Assembly (NCBI GenBank): GCA_001724265.1
Contig: MEDY01000090.1
Coordinates: forward strand, 62,001 to 83,703
Reading direction: 5' to 3'
Length of the DNA stretch: 21,703 nucleotides
DNA from: Rhizaria sp. SCN 62-66
Lineage: Eukaryota
Below, in pieces: positions 12,256-18,379 of this stretch. The translations under genes and the position numbers were made by a program. The notes beneath the pieces are model-generated. The model was not told the DNA's origin, did not search any database, and saw only the letters and a list, made by a program, of their open reading frames with translations. Each line of letters starts with the position of its first letter. Within the stretch, counting starts at the first letter, position 1.

Positions 12256-12586
12256 ACACGAGCAGCAGCAGGGGCGACATGCACAGGAGCAGAGGTATCA
12301 AGCCGGACCCACCCTCGCGGCGTCTCGAATGACAGGACATGATCAAATCTCTGTCCAGGGTCCGGATGCGCAAGCGGCGCCGAGGCGTAACATTCAAAAG
12401 CAAAATCAGCGTTCTGACGCCAGGACCACTGCGTATGCCGAGAACGACGATAATGCGTTGAACAACATGCCGAATCACAATAATGGCGGATTTGGTAAGA
12501 ACACTGGCCGCAACAATGCCAATCAAAGCAGTCGTGGCCGTGGCCGTGGCCGTGGCGGTAGCGGCGGCCGAGGGAGGAATCGGTGA
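2..12586 (+). CDS. Giant Ulp1-family (peptidase C48) SUMO-specific protease, Ulp2/SENP6-7/plant ULP2-like; 5'-partial, at least 4194 aa
   Basis: The frame is open from base 2 (QQERKRKRQLQRNTPQSQQSQQ...) to TGA at 12584-12586, so the real start lies upstream of the window. C48 motifs appear in order: RWLNELLGYL (~1808), RVDVIEYEYLLIPVLDKEHWSLVAVCHP (His 2012-2014), GCLLHFNSHTG (2612), VTQQKNDRDCGFHVAGVVELMF (Cys 4787-4789), and a closing helix FLNYTDICIARAETEGFL (~5310-5365). The rest is mostly low-complexity A/S/Q/T sequence. Confidence 0.85.
47..85 (+). repeat. 9-bp tandem repeat (CAGTCTCAG)x4 plus CAG, encoding QSQ repeats
   Basis: Read directly from the sequence. Confidence 0.9.
1760..5375 (+). 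other. Discontinuous peptidase C48 catalytic domain
   Basis: The blocks match ULP2-type motifs as I recall them (HWSLIVICHP, CILHMDS, PQQENSFDCG), separated by inserts of about 180, 680 and 150 aa. Confidence 0.75.
8297..8400 (+). repeat. GCT/GCC-rich poly-Ala tract (similar tracts at ~4955-4987, 8945-8990, 9131-9196 and 10484-10531)
   Basis: Imperfect (GCY)n runs in frame as Ala. Confidence 0.85.
9815..9880 (+). repeat. 24-bp imperfect tandem repeat, about 3 copies, encoding ADQTQAAS/ADQSQAAA/PDQSQA
   Basis: GATCAAAGTCAAGCCG recurs with a 24-nt period. Confidence 0.8.
11177..11257 (+). repeat. Perfect (CAA)27 microsatellite encoding poly-Gln
   Basis: 81 nt of uninterrupted CAA in the coding frame. 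Confidence 0.95.
12125..12271 (+). repeat. CAG/CAA-rich tract encoding QQQQY repeats and poly-Gln
   Basis: HQQYQQQQYQQQQQQKQQYQQQQYQn read from the frame. Confidence 0.9.
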
Positions 12587-13104
12587 ATACGACTGATGTA
12601 TTACGAATCTGGCGTGGAATTATACTTCTAGAGAACTAGTTGAAGTTGTTGGTGAACTTAATAACATATTCTGATCTAAAACAACGGCGACGCAACGCGG
12701 CGTCCGTTGTTTACGTTACAATATTAAAAGACATGCTATATAGCCCTTTTTGAAGGACAAAACAAAAATATGACTTAGTCCGCTCTAAATAATTAACTGT
12801 GCATTCATAATACAACTTTACTAAGTTATTTTGGGACCAAGTCTCCTTCTTTAAGAGCGTGTGTGACGCTTTGGCAGATGAGTAATCCTTTTAGTCCACA
12901 GCTTTGCTTTTACCAACGACCTACTCGGTGAAGGTTAGATCAGCGTTTGTGGTCAACCTTGAGATGTATATATCACGCCAATCTATCGTTTATTCGTCAT
13001 GAGGGATTTTTTACGAAATATATATGAGCATATCTACTTAGAATTATTTCTGAAATCCACAGATCCGACAATCTGGCCTTGCTCTATCAACTCAATTCCA
13101 TCGA

Positions 13105-13156
13105 CCTCTCACCACCTATCTCTCTCTGACCCTCGCCCTCTTTCCCCGCCGCTTAG
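13105..13156 (+). promoter_or_regulatory. Candidate 3' splice acceptor upstream of the POMP ATG
   Basis: CTGAC (13126-13130), a pyrimidine tract, then CTTAG (AG at 13155-13156), 6 nt before the ATG. Confidence 0.5.
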
Positions 13157-13162
13157 CTCGTT

Positions 13163-13630
13163 ATGTCGGTTGCCCTCGCCGCCGCCGGGTCCGTCATCGA
13201 CGTCTCCGGTCCGTCCTCTGCGCTCATCGCGCAGCCCGACGCCATGCGCAACGGTCTGCGTGCCTACGACGCCCCCGCGTACTCTGCCGCTGGCCCATCG
13301 TCCTCCGCCTCCGAGCCCTCCCTGCCGGCCGCGCACGCCGCCGAGCTCGTCCACCGCAACGCGCTGCGCAATGACCGCCGCACTCGCGAGGCGCTTGCGT
13401 CTCGCGCCTTTGGCTCGCATTTCACGCACGTTTTGCGCCACGAGCAGCAGGCGCTGGCGCAGCACCGCCGCGTTGGCCTCCCCAGCTCGATGCTTGGGCT
13501 TGAGATTGCACTCGGCACCCACGACAAGATCGACTGGTGCGACGTGCTCAACGCACCCGAGAACAACATCAAGGCGCAGGAGGATCCCCACACTGCGCTT
13601 GAGAAGCGCCACGATGCCATGGGCTGGTAA
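13163..13630 (+). CDS. POMP: Proteasome maturation factor UMP1/POMP, 155 aa
   Basis: ATG to TAA with no intron, in a GC-rich island flanked by AT-rich DNA. Family motifs: PDAMRNG, HAAE, RAFGSHFTHVLRHEQQALAQHRRVGLPSSMLGLEIALGTHDKIDWCDVLNAPE and DPHTALEKR. These parallel POMP motifs HDLLRKG, HPLE, SSNLSLDVLRGNDETIGFEDILNDP and EPHLMVE. Confidence 0.9.
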   Translation: MSVALAAAGSVIDVSGPSSALIAQPDAMRNGLRAYDAPAYSAAGPSSSASEPSLPAAHAAELVHRNALRNDRRTREALASRAFGSHFTHVLRHEQQALAQHRRVGLPSSMLGLEIALGTHDKIDWCDVLNAPENNIKAQEDPHTALEKRHDAMGW

Positions 13631-14161
13631 ATGCTCAAGTTGTGAGTCAAAAAGAACAGATGCTCAGACTTTAAAGTTTCAAAGTCGACCCGCAAAGCCA
13701 ACGTAATCGTGCTAAAACAACGCATGACTGCTATGCTGCGTTGACTAAGAATCTGCGGCGTCTTTAGGAGAACATAACAATGACAGCGACTGATGCCTGA
13801 TGGTGCGTTCGGTGTTGTTTGTATCGAAGGAATGCGCTCTGTTCAAGCAAAACAGACAGACTTTATGTATGAATTGAAAAGTGCAAAGACATAGAAGAAG
13901 TAGAAAAAACAATAGTACAACTTGATTATAGTTGCTAAAGATAAATAGAACACAAATACAGCAAAATACATTAAAATGGTCGCGGTTATTTTGAAGTAGC
14001 AAGTCAAATAACGCAGTGGAGCAGACAAGTTTATCTGTCCAGTGTTTTAGGGGAAAAAGCAAAAGTAAAAAAAAAAGAAGAAATTAAGTTTTAACAAAAA
14101 TACAGTCAAGATATCGAAAATGAGGTCGAGACGTGATTTCTTTTGAAAGAAATGTGCTGAG

Positions 14162-17100
14162 TCACTCGGTCTGTAAGTCGAGATTGTCGTCACTCACATC
14201 CGCCTCAGCGTCCGCAGGCTGCCGCTGTTGTGCTTGCTGCCGCTGTGGTTGCGGTTGAGGTTGGCGGCGCTGCACACCGACGCGCCCCTGCAGCCCAGCC
14301 GGCAGCGCGAGCGTCGCCCGTAGCCCCTGGTTGTTGGCAACCGCAGTTTGCCTCTGCTCGGCCGCTTCCTGCAACGCCGCGGCCATGACGGTGCCCAGAT
14401 GCACGCCCAGCGCGCGCGCCTGCGCAGTGAGTCCGCGCGTGGCGGCAAGCTGGTACAGCGCGGTGACGAGCGCGCGCAGTAGCTGCAGGTTCGCGACGGC
14501 GGCGATGTCGACGTCGACTCCAAGCCACTCGTCGATGTGCAAGATGGCGCGGGGCCGGGGCCTGGGCCGCGCAGGGGAACCGCCGCCGTCGCTGACACTA
14601 TCTCTGTTGCTGCGCGAGTTGGTTGCGTCGCTGTGGTCCTCACCTTCGTCAGCGTCAGCGTCAGTGGTGTCTGAGTCGGTGTTGTATTCGTCATCGCTGC
14701 CTCGGCGTTGCTGGTTGTTGAGCATGTTGTTGTACTTATCGACGTAGGCCCCCGTGACGCTAGTGTCATAGTCAAGCACGGTCTTATTAGCCGGCGCCAG
14801 CACCAGAGCGGCCAGCGGTGAGAGGAACGTGATCGAACGCAGCGTCAACCACGGACTTCCGACGGCCTCACCGTAGCCAACGAGAGGGCACGGCGCGGGT
14901 CCCTGAAAGATGCGGGCGAGAGAGTAGCGTGCAAAGGGCACCAGGCCCACGGGCGGCCGCAAAAGCCCCGCTGAACGCAGAACCTTGCGCCTGGGCTGTA
15001 CAATGGCGATTTGCGGATAGAGGCCGGCAGCAATGACCGCCTCAACTAGAAGTAACCGATGCGCGTTGCAGTTGAAATGGGTGCGGCGTGCGCTGTCTGC
15101 GTTGTTGTTATTGGAGCTATCATTACTGGTGGCCTCGTCATCACAATCGCCCCAAATAAGGAGTTTGCCAGCGTAGTTAATGGCGCAGTTTTGCGGCAAG
15201 ATAGACCGCAAAGCGGGCGCAGACTTGAAGATCTGCAGCAGCTGCTGCTTGGTGCGCACAATAGCAATGAACACCGCAAACTTCATGTAATTTGCCTTGC
15301 AAAACTCTTTGCGATTTTTTGCCTTCACGCACTCATTGAACGCGCCAAGTGTTGCCATCGTGTCAGACTGAAACTCACACGCAAATCGGATTTTAGTCGC
15401 TTGAATGAGCTCGCGCTCTTCGTCCTTGCCGAGGAGAAACAGCGGCGCACAAGACTCGGCAGCGACAAACGTCAACACAGGATCGAAAACACCGAGTAGC
15501 GCAGCTAATAATAGCATGCGCGCATAGCGAGCTTCAATGGGCAGAGTGATAAAGAAACGGCCGATGTCAGTGAGATATTCGTCGTTGTCGATAGCGTTAA
15601 GGCGCCTGAGGTCCTTGATAGTCTTCGTAACAAACTCTTGCTCCGGAGGCTCGATTGCGCGCGCTAGGAACGCCATTGTTTCGCCGACACGCGCGGGGTA
15701 AGTCACATCCTCGTTGTCATCATCAACAATGTCGTCGTCGTCGTACGCATCCTCGTTCTCTTCTTCGTCACCGAAGTCATTGCGATTGCGGCCGCGGCCA
15801 CCATTCCCGACGTGCTGCAGCTGCCGTTGGCGCCGCTGGTTGCGGTCATGCGCATCTTCTGGTGGACCCATCAGCAACGCCTTCACGGTCAGCACCACGT
15901 CTTCTAACGGCGCCGTCAACAGCTCGGGCAGCGCTGCGGGCGCCATTTGCGTCGCCAGCATCTCTGAGTAGAGCCGGAAGCAGAGGCCACGGCGCACACG
16001 GCCGGCGCGACCGGCGCGCTGCGTGGCGTTGGAACGCGCAATCCACGCTGGACAGAAAGACGACACGTTTGCCTTAGCGTCGTAAAGCTTCTCTTTGACA
16101 AGGCCGAAGTCGATGACGTACACGACGTCTTCGACTGTGATGGAGGTTTCCGCGATGTTGGTCGTAAGGATGATCTTCCACTGGCCGCGCTCAGGGCGCA
16201 CGAACGCATCGCGCTGCTCCTCTGACGTGAGCGAAGAGTGCAGGGGCACGACCCAGAAGCGCGACTGGTCGCCCAGCACAGGATGCAGAGAAATCTCAGT
16301 CATAATCTCCGTGATGGTGTCCCACGACGGCAAAAACACCAAGATAGCGCCGTACGGGAGCCTGTCGCGCGGCGGCAGACCGGGGTGCTGGTCGGGGAGA
16401 TCTGAGATGACGTTTTCGTCGCACTCTGGACCGCTAGGGCCAGGGGCGCCGCCGGCAAGATGGGCGGGACGACCAGGCTTGCTTGATTTTCCGGCTTTAC
16501 CAGCGTTAGTCTTCTCAGCTTTACTCGCCCTGCCCCTGCCAGTCTTATGAGCTTTGCCGGCCTTGCCAGACTTGTCAGCCTTAGTGTCTTTACCCTTGTC
16601 ATCCTTGGCGGGTTCATTGGGGGGCGACTTAACAAGCACGAACTCGTTCCCTTGCTCCTTCTCTTGCGCCTCGACGCAACCATCCTCGCTTTCCTCCTCA
16701 CCTTCTTCCTCGAAAATGGTTGGGTTGACGCAGCCGTCCTCGCTTTCTTCCTCTTCATTATAGCTAAAAGCGTTATCACTCGCGTCGCGCCACGGGTGAC
16801 CGTGAACAGAGTCATCAGCCTTCAGCCGCGCAATGACGTTCGGGGTGCTCGGCTCAATGTCGGCACGGCTGAGACTGATACTGCTGAGACTGCTGCTGTT
16901 GTTGTGATGCTTGCTTGCGTCGTGCGCTGCGGTGGGAAAAAGCCCTGGGGCAAAGCCGGGCGCTGGCGGCGACGTAAGAGTGACAGAGAGGCCAAACTCG
17001 TCAAAAGCTTGCACTGACGCAGTAGAGGCATTGTTCTTTGCAGGGGTCGATAGCGAGAAATTGCCAAGAGAAGAGACAAGGCTAGAGCTAGAATTGAGCT

Positions 17101-18379
17101 GATCCTCGTCACGAGGCTTGGTGTTGTTATTGCGCGTGAGCTTACTCTTGCTCTTGCTCTTGCTCTTGTCCTTGCCATTGCCCTCATCACCGTCGTTGTC
17201 CGCGTCATCTGACTCTGATGACTCCTGATCATTCGTCCACACCCGACCGGAGCGTTGGGCTGTTGCCAGCTTCGAGCCCGCCATGGCAAACTCCATCGCG
17301 TCGAGCTCCGCCTCCGGGATCTCACGGTCCATGATGTACATCAGAAGGTCCATAAACAGTGGCAGCACAGTGTCGCCACGCAGCTTGCGCGTGTCCGCCA
17401 CTAGCGCAGCGCGGGAGACGGTCAAGCCGAACGTTTCCTCAAGCCGGACCAAGTACGCAGTCGCCGCGGCATCTGCGGCATCGCTGGGATGAACAGCGCT
17501 GGGGCCGACAGCCGGCGGGAGTCCTTGCATCGGTTCATTGCTCAGCCGCGCCGGGTGTTCAATCGGTTGCAGCGTGTTACGCTTCACCAAACGGTTGCAC
17601 GCGCGTGGGAACGCGGTGAGCAGCTCGTGCGCGTGGAAAATGTCAACGGGGAATGTGCGTCCTTCGACTTCGACGACGGGCACGTTGCCGCCGAAGTAGT
17701 CAGCGAACAGCTGTGCGTCCACGGTTGCGGACATCAGGATCAACCGCAAGTCGCGGCGATGCGGAAGGATGTGCTTGACGACGATCAACAGGAAATCAGT
17801 CATCTTGCCGCGCTCGTGCACTTCATCGATGATGATATGCGTAACGCCTGACAGAGCCTGCAGTAGGCGCTGGACGAAAGGTGACTCAGAGTCAGTCCAG
17901 TACGCGTCGTCAAGAGGGTTCATCGCACTCTTGCTCGCGCTGTCACTGTCCTTGCGCAGCTCCAACGCGCGGGAACGGGACGACGTGATGCGGCGCAGCA
18001 AGATACCGACGGTGCAGAAAAGCAAGCGCGTTTTCTGGCTCTGCTGCGACTCGTGTCGGATGGAGTAGCCGACAGTGCCCGCGTTTTTCTTCCTCCTCTC
18101 GTAGTTGGGTTTAACCTCGGAGCTTTCGTCGCCAAACACGATCTCTTCGCCGCGCTCTTCCGCAACGCGCGTCGCGAGTGCAATAGCTGCAATGCGACGC
18201 GGCTCTGTCACGACGACGCGCACCTCAGACGGCTGCGGGAGCAAACCGTCGGCAGCAGCGTCGGCGTTGCTTGCGGTGTGCGAGCGGCCTGCCGCGCGCA
18301 GTGCTTCGGCGCGGTCTAAGATGAACTGCGGGAACTGGGTTGACTTGCCAGAGCCAGTGGCACCAGCCACAATCACGAC
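14162..18379 (-). CDS. Helicase exon 4: RecA1, RecA2, HA2 and C-terminal region
   Basis: Motifs: I GATGSGKST, Ia TEPRRIAA, VGYSIR, CTVGILLR, II DEVHER (DEVH 17827-17816), III MSAT, GRTFPV, IV ILVFLPSW, PLHS, V TTNIAETSIT, VI QRAGRAGR. HA2 segment LTDIGRFFITLPIEARYARML, then QSD and AGLYPQIA. Confidence 0.95.
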   Translation of the reverse strand, partial: VVIVAGATGSGKSTQFPQFILDRAEALRAAGRSHTASNADAAADGLLPQPSEVRVVVTEPRRIAAIALATRVAEERGEEIVFGDESSEVKPNYERRKKNAGTVGYSIRHESQQSQKTRLLFCTVGILLRRITSSRSRALELRKDSDSASKSAMNPLDDAYWTDSESPFVQRLLQALSGVTHIIIDEVHERGKMTDFLLIVVKHILPHRRDLRLILMSATVDAQLFADYFGGNVPVVEVEGRTFPVDIFHAHELLTAFPRACNRLVKRNTLQPIEHPARLSNEPMQGLPPAVGPSAVHPSDAADAAATAYLVRLEETFGLTVSRAALVADTRKLRGDTVLPLFMDLLMYIMDREIPEAELDAMEFAMAGSKLATAQRSGRVWTNDQESSESDDADNDGDEGNGKDKSKSKSKSKLTRNNNTKPRDEDQLNSSSSLVSSLGNFSLSTPAKNNASTASVQAFDEFGLSVTLTSPPAPGFAPGLFPTAAHDASKHHNNSSSLSSISLSRADIEPSTPNVIARLKADDSVHGHPWRDASDNAFSYNEEEESEDGCVNPTIFEEEGEEESEDGCVEAQEKEQGNEFVLVKSPPNEPAKDDKGKDTKADKSGKAGKAHKTGRGRASKAEKTNAGKAGKSSKPGRPAHLAGGAPGPSGPECDENVISDLPDQHPGLPPRDRLPYGAILVFLPSWDTITEIMTEISLHPVLGDQSRFWVVPLHSSLTSEEQRDAFVRPERGQWKIILTTNIAETSITVEDVVYVIDFGLVKEKLYDAKANVSSFCPAWIARSNATQRAGRAGRVRRGLCFRLYSEMLATQMAPAALPELLTAPLEDVVLTVKALLMGPPEDAHDRNQRRQRQLQHVGNGGRGRNRNDFGDEEENEDAYDDDDIVDDDNEDVTYPARVGETMAFLARAIEPPEQEFVTKTIKDLRRLNAIDNDEYLTDIGRFFITLPIEARYARMLLLAALLGVFDPVLTFVAAESCAPLFLLGKDEERELIQATKIRFACEFQSDTMATLGAFNECVKAKNRKEFCKANYMKFAVFIAIVRTKQQLLQIFKSAPALRSILPQNCAINYAGKLLIWGDCDDEATSNDSSNNNNADSARRTHFNCNAHRLLLVEAVIAAGLYPQIAIVQPRRKVLRSAGLLRPPVGLVPFARYSLARIFQGPAPCPLVGYGEAVGSPWLTLRSITFLSPLAALVLAPANKTVLDYDTSVTGAYVDKYNNMLNNQQRRGSDDEYNTDSDTTDADADEGEDHSDATNSRSNRDSVSDGGGSPARPRPRPRAILHIDEWLGVDVDIAAVANLQLLRALVTALYQLAATRGLTAQARALGVHLGTVMAAALQEAAEQRQTAVANNQGLRATLALPAGLQGRVGVQRRQPQPQPQRQQAQQRQPADAEADVSDDNLDLQTE

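Noticed and set aside
47..12271. CRISPR-like arrays
   Set aside because: All repeats are in-frame coding micro- or minisatellites without unique spacers, in a eukaryotic context.
704..12526. Many antisense and alternate-frame ORFs (e.g. 704..1654, 2596..3522, 3311..4312, 9874..10932)
   Set aside because: Shadows of GC-rich, repeat-rich coding sequence (poly-L/V/A/S translations) with no recognisable motifs.
12584..12712. TGA plus downstream hairpin as selenocysteine/SECIS
   Set aside because: The hairpin lacks the AUGA/GA quartet arrangement, and the sequence turns AT-rich and non-coding right after the TGA.
12999..13706. 235-aa + strand ORF overlapping POMP, and antisense ORFs 13109..13612 and 13264..13725
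   Set aside because: P/R/S-rich off-frame readings. Only the 13163..13630 frame carries family motifs.
13745..14062. Hydrophobic 105-aa and 61-aa ORFs between POMP and the helicase
   Set aside because: AT-rich convergent 3'UTR spacer. The F/L/Y richness follows from T-rich DNA and does not match the codon style of the real genes.
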